Assembly (NCBI GenBank): GCA_021825655.1
Contig: JAKAGU010000002.1
Location: 13,129-77,128, forward strand
Direction: 5' to 3'
DNA from: a bacterium
Lineage (GTDB): Bacteria; Patescibacteriota; Doudnabacteria; UBA920
DNA length: 64,000 bases
This document shows, in pieces, positions 26,052 through 35,805 of this stretch. The notes beneath the pieces are model-generated. The model was not told where the DNA came from. It made no database searches and saw only the letters and a list, made by a program, of their open reading frames with translations. Position numbers and translations under genes: made by a program. Position 1 is the stretch's first letter. Every line of letters begins with the position of its first letter.

Positions 26052-27040
26052 GTTGAAATTTTATATTTTTTCTGCGCGGGCAGACTGATTAAAAAATCCG
26101 TCCCCTGCCCGAGGGCGCTCTGTACTGCCAAGTGGCCGCCATGCGCATCAACAATCGCCTTGACAATGGACAGCCCCAATCCTGTTCCTTGCCCGTGCTT
26201 GGACTGGTCGCCCTGGTAAAAACGTTCAAAAATAAAAGGCAAGTCTTTTTCCGCAATCCCAACACCGGTATCGGCAATTTTGACGTCTACCTGGTTGTCT
26301 TTTACGGCCAGGCTAATATCCACCCTGCCTTGTGGCTTATTGTATTTGATGGCATTTTCAATCACGTTGGCAAAAGCGTGCTCCAGAAAATGCCGGCTGC
26401 CAAAAATCTGTACGGGGCCTGACTCGGCCAGCGCCAGTTCTATTTTGCTGCTATGAGCCAGGCCCTGAAACCTGTCCACGGTCTTGCTCAGCAATTGCTG
26501 CAAATCTACGGGCATAAAACCCGAGCTGAAATCCTGGCCTTCGGCTTGCGATAATTCCAGCAGCTGGTGGCTTAGCCGGGTCAAGTTGCCAATTTCTTCC
26601 AAAAGACTGGCTAAGGTCTTTTGGACCCCGGCGGACAGTTCGATTTTTTGGCGCTGCAGAACCTCAATATCCGTACGCATTACTGCCAAAGGCGTACGGA
26701 GTTCGTGGGAGGCGTCGGCCACGAAGCGCTTCTGGCCTTCCATGGCCAGTTTAATGGGTTTCAAAGTGTACCCGGCAAAACTATAGCTGGCAAAGGCTGC
26801 TACCAACAAAACGGCCCCGTCAATCATAACTAGCAGCCAGGCCAGCCTTTCGCAGGCATCGTCAAAAAAATTCTCTTCCTGAATGAGTTCGCCTCGGACA
26901 TTTTCGCGGTAGGAACGTCGAAGCTGCTGGGTGGTGGCAGTATAAAAACTTATGCTGAAAACCGTAACGATTACGAAAATAATCGCCATGTACCACAAAG
27001 TCAGCTTGACCCGGGCCTGGTGGAACGGATCAAAATTCAA
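26048..27040 (-). CDS. Sensor histidine kinase (OmpR-partner type)
   Basis: Two TMs, FVADASHELRTPL, NVIENAIKY, DTGVGI, GTGLGLSIV. Start uncertain: TTG 27040, ORF open to 27082. Confidence 0.92.
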   Translation of the reverse strand: MNFDPFHQARVKLTLWYMAIIFVIVTVFSISFYTATTQQLRRSYRENVRGELIQEENFFDDACERLAWLLVMIDGAVLLVAAFASYSFAGYTLKPIKLAMEGQKRFVADASHELRTPLAVMRTDIEVLQRQKIELSAGVQKTLASLLEEIGNLTRLSHQLLELSQAEGQDFSSGFMPVDLQQLLSKTVDRFQGLAHSSKIELALAESGPVQIFGSRHFLEHAFANVIENAIKYNKPQGRVDISLAVKDNQVDVKIADTGVGIAEKDLPFIFERFYQGDQSKHGQGTGLGLSIVKAIVDAHGGHLAVQSALGQGTDFLISLPAQKKYKIST

Positions 27041-27698
27041 GCCGGTAGCCGAGGCCCCGGACGGTTTGGAGGTGTTTGCCATATGCGCCCAGTTTCTTTC
27101 TTAAATTTTTAACATGCACATCGACCACGTTACTGAATGAATCAAAGGAAAAATCCCAAACGGCGGCAAGAATCTGATCCCGGGAAAGTACCTGGCCGGC
27201 GTGGCGCATAAAATACTCCAATAGCCGATACTCCCGCAAAGTTAAGGCCAAGGATCTGCCGCTTAAGGTAACCTGTTTTTTTGCGCTGTCCAAAATTAGC
27301 GGCCCCACCAGCAAAACCTCCGAGACCAAAGCCTGCGGGCGGCGCAAGAGCGCCCGAAGCCTGGCCAAAAGTTCGCTAAACTCAAATGGCTTAATCAGGT
27401 AATCGTCCGCGCCTGCGTCCAGACCCAGAACCTTATCATCCGTGGTGTCTCTGGCGGTCAGCATTAAAACCGGGGTGATAATATTTTTTTCGCGCCAAGC
27501 ACCGCATACCGAAACCCCGTCCTTGCCCGGCAGCATAATATCCAAAATTACCAAGTCATACATATCCCTGTGCGTTTCCAGCCTTTTTTCGCCCATTTCC
27601 CCGTCAAACAGCAAATCCACGGCATAACCCTCTTGCTCCAAGCCGAGCTTGAGGGAATTGGCTAATTTGGCATTGTCTTCGATAACCAATATTTTCAT
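27030..27698 (-). CDS. OmpR/PhoB-family response regulator
   Basis: ILVIEDN, LDIMLP, LTARD, GADDYLIKPF, winged helix VVDVHVKNLRKKL..TVRGLGY. Confidence 0.95.
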   Translation of the reverse strand: MKILVIEDNAKLANSLKLGLEQEGYAVDLLFDGEMGEKRLETHRDMYDLVILDIMLPGKDGVSVCGAWREKNIITPVLMLTARDTTDDKVLGLDAGADDYLIKPFEFSELLARLRALLRRPQALVSEVLLVGPLILDSAKKQVTLSGRSLALTLREYRLLEYFMRHAGQVLSRDQILAAVWDFSFDSFSNVVDVHVKNLRKKLGAYGKHLQTVRGLGYRLEF

Positions 27699-27704
27699 GT
27701 CTTT

Positions 27705-27737
27705 ATTGTATCCTTCTTAAATGAAGCTGGCATGAAG
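27705..27737 (-). promoter_or_regulatory. OmpR-type direct-repeat box plus -10 of the response regulator (autoregulatory, leaderless)
   Basis: Minus strand CTTCAT-GCCAG-CTTCAT-N10-TACAAT-N6-ATG. Confidence 0.75.
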
Positions 27738-27887
27738 GCGCAGGAAGACTTGCGGCTGCCCAAACAAAAAAACTACGGACAAAATATCCCTAGTTCCACC
27801 AATACCGGTTAATTCCGCTGTTTTGCATTTAACTGGATATTGTTTTGTCATTTTATTTAAAATCAAACCTTTAACAGACGGATCTAT

Positions 27888-27962
27888 TGGCTGGGGTGGT
27901 AGGGATCGAACCTACGAATGGGGGCTTCAAAGGCCCCTGCCTTACCGCTTGGCTACACCCCA
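27888..27962 (-). tRNA. tRNA-Gln(TTG)
   Basis: TGGGGTGTAGCCAAGCGGTAAGGCAGGGGC-CTTTGAA-GCCCCCATTCGTAGGTTCGATCCCTACCACCCCAGCCA. Confidence 0.95.
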
Positions 27963-28084
27963 AAACGGCAATTCAACTAACATATTATAAAATAACTGGG
28001 TTGATTTGAAAAGCCTGACTAGGCCGATTATTTCCTGTGGATTAAGGCTTACCAAACCGCCCCAAAAGATTGTATAATCAAGTT

Positions 28085-29131
28085 ATGGATTTGACCCAAG
28101 CTTTTCACCCCAATCTTTATCTGATTTTTGAACTCCTGGGCGCCATTTCGTTTGTTGCCATCCTGGCCCGGGAAATCTACCAAAAAAACGAAACTCGTGT
28201 TTTTGAAATCCTTAGCGCGCTGGTTTTCGGTCTGCTATTGGAAATCGGCAACACCCACCTGGGCCATACCTACACCTATAGCCCAAATTTTGTGATCCAA
28301 ATCTTCAACGTTCCCCTGGCCATCGGCGTCTACTGGGCGCTGATTATTTACAGCGTCATGCTGCTTTCCGACCAGTACCGGCTGCCCTGGGTTATCCGTC
28401 CGTTCATGGACGCGCTCACAGCCATAATTTTAGACCTCTATTTGGACGTAGTGGCCGTGCGTTTGGGTTTTTGGACTTGGGTTATCCCTAAAAACCAGGA
28501 ATGGTACGGGATCCCTTTTGATAACCTGGCGGGCTGGATTTTTGTAGTTATATCTTTTTCCTTTATTATCCGCTTTATCCGCACACTCAACTTAAAACGC
28601 TGGCTGACGCGGCTGATGCTAATTTTAAGTCCGCTGTTGGCCTACCTGGGACTGATGCTGCTTTTAGCCCTGTTCGGTTTTCTCAGTCTGCTACCCTATG
28701 CCTTAAATAACTGGGGCCAGTGGACAGCTGCGGACATTAACCCCAATATCAATGTTTTCTACAATCCCGAAATCCAGTTGTGGAAAATCATTATTTTTGT
28801 GGCCATACTGGTTCAGCTGGCCAACATTGTCGTAAGCGCCATGATTAAATACCGGAAAAAGTATGTTTGGCACTTTGACTTGTTAAGCTTTACCATCCTG
28901 ACCAGCATGCACCTTTTTATTATTATTACCCTGTTTACCTCGGGCACCTACCGGGAACTGCCGATTTTCATCTTTTTTGCCGCCTGTTTCTTTTCCATCC
29001 ACCTGCTCCTCCACTTTTTGCCCCACACTTTACAGAAACCTAAAGTCTACTATTTCTTCCGCCGGATTGGTAAAACCTTGAATTCGGAGGAAAGGCATAT
29101 GGAAAAATTCGTGGAAGCCAACCTAAAATAA
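28085..29131 (+). CDS. Carotenoid biosynthesis / CruF-like hydratase family membrane protein with C-terminal extension
   Basis: LLE.G....Y.Y, VPLAIG.YW, DL.LD.VA...GFWTW, WYGIP..N..GW. Confidence 0.7.
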   Translation: MDLTQAFHPNLYLIFELLGAISFVAILAREIYQKNETRVFEILSALVFGLLLEIGNTHLGHTYTYSPNFVIQIFNVPLAIGVYWALIIYSVMLLSDQYRLPWVIRPFMDALTAIILDLYLDVVAVRLGFWTWVIPKNQEWYGIPFDNLAGWIFVVISFSFIIRFIRTLNLKRWLTRLMLILSPLLAYLGLMLLLALFGFLSLLPYALNNWGQWTAADINPNINVFYNPEIQLWKIIIFVAILVQLANIVVSAMIKYRKKYVWHFDLLSFTILTSMHLFIIITLFTSGTYRELPIFIFFAACFFSIHLLLHFLPHTLQKPKVYYFFRRIGKTLNSEERHMEKFVEANLK

Positions 29132-29134
29132 ATT

Positions 29135-29389
29135 ATGGACAACCTGGAGAAAAAAATAACGGAAATCCTGGAACGCAACCGGAAAGTGGAGGCCGACAAA
29201 GCCTGGGAAACTTCCCTGACTCGCCGGCTGTTTATTGCGCTTTTAACCTACCTCTGCGCCTGGCTCTGGCTAATTCTCATCAGGCAGCCGCTGGCCTGGC
29301 TGACTGCAGCCGTGCCAGTCTTGGGCTACCTGCTCTCCACCCTCACCCTGCCGCCGCTTAAGGCCTGGTGGCTGAAACGAAAACAATAA
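29135..29389 (+). CDS. Small membrane protein
   Basis: ERNRKVEADKAWETS..RR, two TMs, GYLLSTLTLP. Confidence 0.8.
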   Translation: MDNLEKKITEILERNRKVEADKAWETSLTRRLFIALLTYLCAWLWLILIRQPLAWLTAAVPVLGYLLSTLTLPPLKAWWLKRKQ

Positions 29390-29423
29390 ATAAAATACGG
29401 CGCCAAAAGGCGCCGTATTTTAT
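29388..29423. terminator. Bidirectional terminator
   Basis: AATAAAATACGGCGCC-AAAA-GGCGCCGTATTTTATT. Confidence 0.85.
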
Positions 29424-29432
29424 TGTACTGAC

Positions 29433-29885
29433 TTAATTGCCCTGCGGCCCGCCCGGCATAGGCGCCTGTTCGGGGCGGATCTGGATTTGCTGCGCAGTAA
29501 CGCTGCCGTCGGAATTGGCAGTTCCCGCAACCGTTACTTGCTGGCCTGCCGCCAGGTCCCCGGCCGAGCCGGCTACAGCCTTGCCAATGCTGGTGGTAGA
29601 AGAATAAAAAACAATTCTAGTGCTGCCATCCCGCAGTTTCAGGGTAACGCTCTTGTCGTCTTTACTTAACACGTCCCCGCTCAGAAAACCACCCGCTTGG
29701 CCGTTGCCGAAACGCCGCGTGCCGGTCGCCGTGCCATTCTGGCCGTTACCGCGCATTTGCTGAAAAGCGTTCTGCGGATTATTTGCCAGCCCTTTGCCCT
29801 GGGCGTATTTCATACCCCCGTAAAAACCCAAACTCCCCGCAACCACCAAAGTCACAAGACTTATGGAAATAATTTTTTTATCCAT
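29433..29885 (-). CDS. Membrane-anchored DUF5666-like (OB-like) protein
   Basis: TM with GFYGGMKY; G.VLSKD...T, L..GQ.V.V.G....DGSV.A..IQI. Confidence 0.75.
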   Translation of the reverse strand: MDKKIISISLVTLVVAGSLGFYGGMKYAQGKGLANNPQNAFQQMRGNGQNGTATGTRRFGNGQAGGFLSGDVLSKDDKSVTLKLRDGSTRIVFYSSTTSIGKAVAGSAGDLAAGQQVTVAGTANSDGSVTAQQIQIRPEQAPMPGGPQGN

Positions 29886-29917
29886 GAAATTCCTTTCTAT
29901 AAACTTAATTATTTTAA

Positions 29918-30574
29918 TTAAATACTGCCGTCAAAAAGCTTTGAATCAGCTGGAAAAATTTTAACTGCAATGCGATAGATGCCGTAGGTAATAAAAAAAG
30001 CGGAAAAAACATCAATGGAATAATGCAGGTGGCCCAACAGGACAGCGGAACCGAAAATAACCGATGCCGCAAGAAATACATAGCGCAAAATTTTATCTTC
30101 CCAGAACAGCATGGCCATTAAGAATGGCAGGCCGGTGTGGCCGGAAAAAAACAGGTCGCTGCCGGAACCAGAAGCCAATTTTTCAAAAATGTTTCCAGAG
30201 GGTGACAGCGCGGGGTGGGCCGGCGGAGCCAGATGGGTCAAGATTAGGAAAAAAGAACGGACGGCGACCCAGAGCGCAATGCTTTTGAGCAAAAATGGGA
30301 TCCGTTTCGGGCGGGCTAGAGCCAAAAGAGTAATAAAGGCCACGAAAGTGATAATGCCTTCAAAAAAAACCGCGTCCACTCTCATGGTGGGGATGTTATC
30401 CAGCACAATATCCGTAACAGCGCTGCTGCCGTGCGTGGCGGTATACGTATTGGCGGCATAATTCAAAACCAGGCTGATAGCCAAAAACAAAAGGCCCAAA
30501 AAAAACTGGAGATAAAAAACTTTGTGCGACTTGAGTTCTGAGTAACGCTGAAAAAAACTTTTTATTTTATTCAT
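29918..30574 (-). CDS. PAP2-superfamily membrane enzyme, sphingomyelin-synthase-like
   Basis: DLFFSGHT and HLHYSIDV motifs; six TMs; start MNKIKSFF overlaps the permease stop. Confidence 0.8.
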   Translation of the reverse strand: MNKIKSFFQRYSELKSHKVFYLQFFLGLLFLAISLVLNYAANTYTATHGSSAVTDIVLDNIPTMRVDAVFFEGIITFVAFITLLALARPKRIPFLLKSIALWVAVRSFFLILTHLAPPAHPALSPSGNIFEKLASGSGSDLFFSGHTGLPFLMAMLFWEDKILRYVFLAASVIFGSAVLLGHLHYSIDVFSAFFITYGIYRIAVKIFPADSKLFDGSI

Positions 30575-31805
30575 AGCGCAAGGCTTCGATGGGGTTAAGT
30601 TTTGCGGCGCGGCGCGCCGGATAATATCCAAAAACCATGCCTATGCCCGCGGATACCCCGAAAGCAAGCAGCACGGAGCTCAAAGAAATACTGGTGGTGA
30701 CACTGGCGAATTTGGTCACCCCCCAGGCCAGCGCCCAGCCTAAAACCACTCCCAAAGCGCCGCCGATAAAAGTTAGCATTACCGCTTCGATCAAAAACTG
30801 CAGGCTAATGTCATTCCGGTGGGCGCCAATAGCTTTCCTCAAGCCAATCTCGCGCGTACGTTCGGTTACGGTCGTCAGCATCATGTTCATAATGCCAATT
30901 CCTCCAACCAGCAAGGAAATCCCAGCAATGGACGCCAGGAGAATGGTAAAAATTCCGGTGACGCTGGAGGCTGCAGCCACGATATCCGCCTGGTTCTGTA
31001 CGGTAAAGTCTGCCAGCTGGCTGCTGGTGATGTTATGGCGCTGCATCAAAATTTGCGTCACCTGGTCCTGCACGGCCGTCATGTCCGTGGCATTTTGAGC
31101 GGAAATGGCAATCGTGCTCACATAGCTTTGCCCCTGGGTATTGGGCCCGACCAGATAGTGCTGGGACACCGAGATGGGCACAAAAATAATATCGTCCTGG
31201 TTAAAGAAGCCGCTGCCGCCTTTGCTTTTGGTAACGCCGATGATTTTAAAATTTATGGATTTTATCCGGATGGTCTGGCCGATAACGTCCGCACCCGCGC
31301 CAAACAAGTCATCCCTGGCCGTAGGGCCAATGACCGCCACCTTGGCCAAGTCTGTCACCTGCTGGTCCGTAATAAAAGACCCTTGGTCAATTTCCACGTT
31401 CCTGATGGTCGGATAGTTACTGTCCGTTCCCACCACCTGCGTGTTGGTGTTGGTGCCCTTGGCGGTAATCTGGAAACGGCGGGATAGTTCCCCGTCCACG
31501 GCCTTGGCTAAAGTCAGCTGCTGCCGAACTGCTTCCACGTCCGCCATGGTCAGGCTTTCGGAACTGCCCTGGCCCGCACTAACGGTTACTCCCGGCCCGC
31601 GCTGCGCCCCCGGCGACACAATGATCAAATTGGAGCCAATGGACTGGATGTTGTTCTGGATGGAGGCCTGTGCGCCCTGGCCAATGGCAATCATGGCAAT
31701 GACCGAGCCAATGCCGATGACGATGCCTAAAATCGTCAGGGACGACCTGACCTTATTGACCGTAATTGCCGCATAAGTTTCTTCCAATAAATCGCTGGTG
31801 CGCAT
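30567..31805 (-). CDS. MacB-type ABC transporter permease
   Basis: [62 protein letters not shown]. Confidence 0.95.
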   Translation of the reverse strand: MRTSDLLEETYAAITVNKVRSSLTILGIVIGIGSVIAMIAIGQGAQASIQNNIQSIGSNLIIVSPGAQRGPGVTVSAGQGSSESLTMADVEAVRQQLTLAKAVDGELSRRFQITAKGTNTNTQVVGTDSNYPTIRNVEIDQGSFITDQQVTDLAKVAVIGPTARDDLFGAGADVIGQTIRIKSINFKIIGVTKSKGGSGFFNQDDIIFVPISVSQHYLVGPNTQGQSYVSTIAISAQNATDMTAVQDQVTQILMQRHNITSSQLADFTVQNQADIVAAASSVTGIFTILLASIAGISLLVGGIGIMNMMLTTVTERTREIGLRKAIGAHRNDISLQFLIEAVMLTFIGGALGVVLGWALAWGVTKFASVTTSISLSSVLLAFGVSAGIGMVFGYYPARRAAKLNPIEALRYE

Positions 31806-31809
31806 ATTT

Positions 31810-32490
31810 TTATCTTACTTTTTCGTCCTCAATTATCTGCCCGTCCCGGATGTGGATTATCCTCCGGGCATGCGCGGCTACGTCGTGCTCATGGGTGATA
31901 AGAATTATCGTCCTCCCCTGCCGGTTAAGCTCTTCAAATGTTGCCAGCACTATTTCGCCGGTTTTGGTGTCCAGGTTGCCGGTTGGCTCGTCGGCCAAAA
32001 TAATCGCCGGGTCGTTTACCAAAGCGCGGGCAATGGCCACGCGCTGCATTTGTCCGCCGGACAGCTGGTTGGACAAATGGTAGAACCGGTCTTCGCTCAT
32101 GCCGGCCTGGAGCAGCGCGTGCTTGGCCGCCTCTTCTCTTTGTTTTTTCTCCACTCCGGCGTAAACCAAGGGCAAAGCCACGTTTCTAATAACTGTGGCC
32201 CGGGGCAGCAGATTAAAAGCCTGAAAAACAAAACCGATTCTTTTCTTCCGCACTTCGGCGAGCTCGTCGTCGGAAAGCTGGGAAACATCCTGGCCATCCA
32301 AAAAATAACTGCCGGTAGTCGGATTATCCAGCGCGCCCAGAATATGCATTAAGGTAGATTTGCCGCTGCCCGAAGGGCCGGTGATAGCCACAAATTCGCC
32401 GGTTTCTATTTTAAAGGATACGCCCTTTAAAACCACGGTTTCATTGTCTCCGTTTTTATAAATTTTTACTAAATCCTTGCATTCAATCAT
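31810..32490 (-). CDS. MacB/LolD-type ABC ATP-binding protein
   Basis: [39 protein letters not shown]. Confidence 0.96.
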   Translation of the reverse strand: MIECKDLVKIYKNGDNETVVLKGVSFKIETGEFVAITGPSGSGKSTLMHILGALDNPTTGSYFLDGQDVSQLSDDELAEVRKKRIGFVFQAFNLLPRATVIRNVALPLVYAGVEKKQREEAAKHALLQAGMSEDRFYHLSNQLSGGQMQRVAIARALVNDPAIILADEPTGNLDTKTGEIVLATFEELNRQGRTIILITHEHDVAAHARRIIHIRDGQIIEDEKVR

Positions 32491-32498
32491 AAACGTTT

Positions 32499-34139
32499 CT
32501 AGCGGCCGCCGCCCAAACCCGGAATTCTAATCCCCGCCCCCGTGGTTGATGTCCGAGCCGTGCTGGCAGCCGTACTGGAAGTGTTAATGGTCTGGGTCAC
32601 CACTTCCTGCCCTTCGGACAAACCGGAGGTTATTTCCGTGTCCGTGCCGTTGGACGAACCCACCTGCACAGTCTGATTTTTAGGCTGGCCGTTTTCCAAC
32701 AGCTGGACATAGTGCTGGGTTCCTTGGGTCTTTACCGCACCGCTCGGTACCATAAGCACGTCCTGCTTAACATCGGTAATAATGTCCACGGTCACGCTCA
32801 TGCCGGGTTTTACCTGGTCATTCTGCACGTCAAAAGCCACCGTCACATTATAACTGACAACGCCCTGGCTGACGGTCCCGATGGTATCAATCTGTATGAC
32901 CCTGCCGGTTATGGTCAGGCCATCTACGGCATCGAAGGTCATAGTTGCTTTTTGGCCGAGCCGTACCTTGGCCACATCCACCTCGTTCAAGGAAATTTTG
33001 GCCACTTGCTGGTTGGTGATAATCGTGGCAATCACGGTACCCGCAGTCACCTTGTCGCCGGCTGAAAAATCCACCGACGCCATAGTGCCGTCGAACGGCG
33101 CCCTTAAAATAGTGTTGTCATATGCGGTCTGCGCGTTGGCCAGCTGGGCCTGGGCCGAAGTAATTTGCGCTTTAGCCGAAGCAATGTCGGACTCAGTGGG
33201 AGGCTGTAGGGTATTTTGCAAAGACAGCTTTGCCTTGTCCAAGGCCGTCTGGGCCGAATCAACCGCAGCCTGGGCCTGTTCTACGGTCTGCTGCTGGTTC
33301 TGAACCGCTGAATTGTAGGCATTTAAAACGGTCAGATAGGTGGCTGACTTGGTGTTGGGCACGTTTATTACCCACTTGGTGGACAAACTAAAATTTCCGC
33401 TGGTGCTGAAAGTCACATACATGCCATTACCCAAAGGCTGGGCCAGGCCGCGGTTTATCTGCCCGCTTTCAGTGCCTAGGCCCGAAGCCGAATAAAAATA
33501 ACCATTGCCGTTCTGGTAAACGGTAATGTTGTAAGCGCCCTTGTCCGTGCCTGTATAATTGCCGCTCAAAGTCAGGGTTACCGTGCTGTTGGGATCGCTC
33601 GGGTCAGCCTCAAGGTCATTGTTCAAAAGCGAAGACAGGGCCTTGTCCACGGCCTGCTGCTGTTCCGTAACTGTAAAACTGTAGTTCTTTTTAGCCTGGT
33701 CCAAAGACTGCTGGGCGGACTGAATGGATAACTGCTGGGTCTGCACGTCAATATCGGTAGCGCCGGCCATCAGCTTGTCATAGGAAGCCTGGGCCTGGGC
33801 CAGGTTGGCCCGGGCCTGGGCTACGCTGTTTGCCGCTGACTGCTGGTCGACAATTGCAACCACATCTCCGGCTTTGACCTGCTGGTTATTTTTTACATTC
33901 ACCGCGGTCAGCCGGCCATCGCTGACCGGTTTGATATCCATCTGGTCGGAGGTTTCCGCCTGGCCTGTGCCGGACACCGAAGTAACAAGCGTCCCCTTGG
34001 TGACCTGGCCCGTGACATAACTGACCGCCCCGCTTTTGGAACCGGACTGCTTGTAAAAATAATAACTGCCGACAGCTATTACAACCACAATGGCTGCCAG
34101 TAGATATTTTTTTCGTAAAAGGGATTGGGTGAATTTCAT
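32499..34139 (-). CDS. MacA/HlyD-family periplasmic adaptor with an inserted beta-rich segment
   Basis: N-terminal TM, lipoyl halves, alpha-hairpin, RAPFDG, KPGMSV, VPSGAV, EITSGLSEG. Confidence 0.9.
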   Translation of the reverse strand: MKFTQSLLRKKYLLAAIVVVIAVGSYYFYKQSGSKSGAVSYVTGQVTKGTLVTSVSGTGQAETSDQMDIKPVSDGRLTAVNVKNNQQVKAGDVVAIVDQQSAANSVAQARANLAQAQASYDKLMAGATDIDVQTQQLSIQSAQQSLDQAKKNYSFTVTEQQQAVDKALSSLLNNDLEADPSDPNSTVTLTLSGNYTGTDKGAYNITVYQNGNGYFYSASGLGTESGQINRGLAQPLGNGMYVTFSTSGNFSLSTKWVINVPNTKSATYLTVLNAYNSAVQNQQQTVEQAQAAVDSAQTALDKAKLSLQNTLQPPTESDIASAKAQITSAQAQLANAQTAYDNTILRAPFDGTMASVDFSAGDKVTAGTVIATIITNQQVAKISLNEVDVAKVRLGQKATMTFDAVDGLTITGRVIQIDTIGTVSQGVVSYNVTVAFDVQNDQVKPGMSVTVDIITDVKQDVLMVPSGAVKTQGTQHYVQLLENGQPKNQTVQVGSSNGTDTEITSGLSEGQEVVTQTINTSSTAASTARTSTTGAGIRIPGLGGGR

Positions 34140-34146
34140 ATATAGA

Positions 34147-34662
34147 TTATTTATTTAAATTGGGGAAACTTTGGCCTGGCATGGGCATGGGCCCCGGTCC
34201 GGGGCCAAACGGTTCAGCCGGATCAAAAACTCTGATAAAACTAGCTGCCACGGAACCGTCTTCTTTGGGAGCGCCGATGGCCACAATCCGATCACCGGCT
34301 TTCAGTTCGGAAAAATTCAAAGTTTGCCAACCCTTCCGAATGACTGTCGTGCCGTCCACGGTAATTACTTTTTCTACATTGCTCTGGCCTTTCACCACCA
34401 GGCTGTTATTGGACACGCTTAGCACTTCGCCGGCCGTGCCGTGGCCATTGATGAAATCCTGGCTTTCCAGGCCTTTTAAAAAACCTTCCTTTGGCCCGCC
34501 AAATACCCGGTGGTAATTTTCTCCCCAGCGAAAAGTAAAAGCTGCTTTGCGGTATCCGACAAACATACCCAGCTGGAAAACCAACAGTAGAACTACCGTA
34601 GCCGAAAGGCCAAGCACCAGCCATTTAAATTTTTTTGTTTGTAAAATTGAAGGCAAATTCAT
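34147..34662 (-). CDS. Membrane-anchored DUF5666-like protein
   Basis: TM, GYRKA.F...WGENY, G.V.SV, LKAGDRIVAIG.P..DGSV.A.FIRVF. Confidence 0.75.
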   Translation of the reverse strand: MNLPSILQTKKFKWLVLGLSATVVLLLVFQLGMFVGYRKAAFTFRWGENYHRVFGGPKEGFLKGLESQDFINGHGTAGEVLSVSNNSLVVKGQSNVEKVITVDGTTVIRKGWQTLNFSELKAGDRIVAIGAPKEDGSVAASFIRVFDPAEPFGPGPGPMPMPGQSFPNLNK

Positions 34663-34672
34663 AACCAATAAA

Positions 34673-35098
34673 TTAATGGTTCAGTGCGGAAAGCTGCCGG
34701 GAAGAGGACAAAAACTCCCGGCCGAAACCCAAAGTCAGCCTCAGGCCGTAAAGTACCGCCAAAACCGTAGCTAAAAATACCCCGGCGCTTAAAGCCGGCA
34801 GGGTCTCTAAAAGGCTGAAAACGTAATCCTGCCAGTCTGCGGCAATAAACCTGAAATCGTAAAAAAATAACGACAAGTACTGACCGAAGCCTGAGGTGGA
34901 AACATCCAGCCAAAAGAGCCTTAGCATAAACGCAAATGCGGCAACAGACCCCGCCAGCAGCACAGCGGCAAAAACCAGCCGCCGCCTGAGCCGTATAAGC
35001 TTGCGTTCGGTTTCAATCCTGGACAGGACCCTATTTAACAGGCCGTCGGGCACACTCAGATTATTCGGCGTAAATTTTTCAATGTCTTTTGGCTTCAT
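34673..35098 (-). CDS. Putative membrane anti-sigma factor
   Basis: Directly after the ECF sigma; VPDGL.NRV..RI N-terminal helix and two to three TMs. Confidence 0.6.
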   Translation of the reverse strand: MKPKDIEKFTPNNLSVPDGLLNRVLSRIETERKLIRLRRRLVFAAVLLAGSVAAFAFMLRLFWLDVSTSGFGQYLSLFFYDFRFIAADWQDYVFSLLETLPALSAGVFLATVLAVLYGLRLTLGFGREFLSSSRQLSALNH

Positions 35099-35164
35099 AT
35101 TACATAATACGAAAAAAAGATGCGTTTGGGTGCATCTTTTTAAATCCGAATTTTCGGCTTAACC

Positions 35165-35728
35165 TCACTGTTTTTGGATAAAACTCGCCTGCAGCCGGCT
35201 TAGGGCCCTGTGATACAGGCTTTTTACAGTATTCACCGGCTTTCGTGTAGTCAGGGCTATTTCCCGGAAGCTCAAACCCTGCTCGTGGCGCAAAACTACA
35301 ACTTGGGCATACTTGGGGGACAATTTACCCACCGCAGAACCCAATTTTTGGGCAAAGAGACTGTTTTCCGCGGAAACCTCGGGCAGAGGCTGGACATCCG
35401 CCACATTTTCAGCAAAAGATTCTTCACCGCTACCGCTCTCCATATCGGAAAAGGTTAGATCGCGCTTTTTTCTAAGCGAGTCCAGACAAGTGTTCCGGGC
35501 GACTTTAAAGAGCCAGGGCTTAAACAGCCTGGCAGTGTCGAACTTGCCCAAATTCCGCCAAACTTTCACAAACACCTCCTGGGTGGCGTCATCCGCTTCG
35601 GCGCGGTCGTGAAGGTAACCGTAGCAAAAACGGTAAACGGTCTGCACGTACCGGGATACCAAAATTTCCAAAGCGGATTGGTCGGTTCTCGCTGCTAGCG
35701 CTAATTGTTCATCAGAAATTTCCTGCAT
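35165..35728 (-). CDS. ECF sigma factor (SigW-like)
   Basis: SDEQL, AEADDATQEVFVKVW, FKPWLFKVARN..LD.LRK, LSFREIA....PVNTVKS..HRA. Confidence 0.93.
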   Translation of the reverse strand: MQEISDEQLALAARTDQSALEILVSRYVQTVYRFCYGYLHDRAEADDATQEVFVKVWRNLGKFDTARLFKPWLFKVARNTCLDSLRKKRDLTFSDMESGSGEESFAENVADVQPLPEVSAENSLFAQKLGSAVGKLSPKYAQVVVLRHEQGLSFREIALTTRKPVNTVKSLYHRALSRLQASFIQKQ

Positions 35729-35805
35729 GTTTTTCTTGCTACCGTTTAAACTGCCGTAAACTTATACCTAATATTACACTTATTTAACCCGATTATTTCA
35801 CGATT

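Noticed and set aside
27695-27851. 51-codon minus-strand ORF overlapping the response-regulator start
   Set aside because: It runs through the tRNA terminator, the operator and the -10 element and has no SD; likely spurious.
19600-27887. Integrative island at the 3' end of tRNA-Gln carrying the flavinylation module
   Set aside because: I found no integrase, no duplicated tRNA 3' end and no obvious compositional shift.
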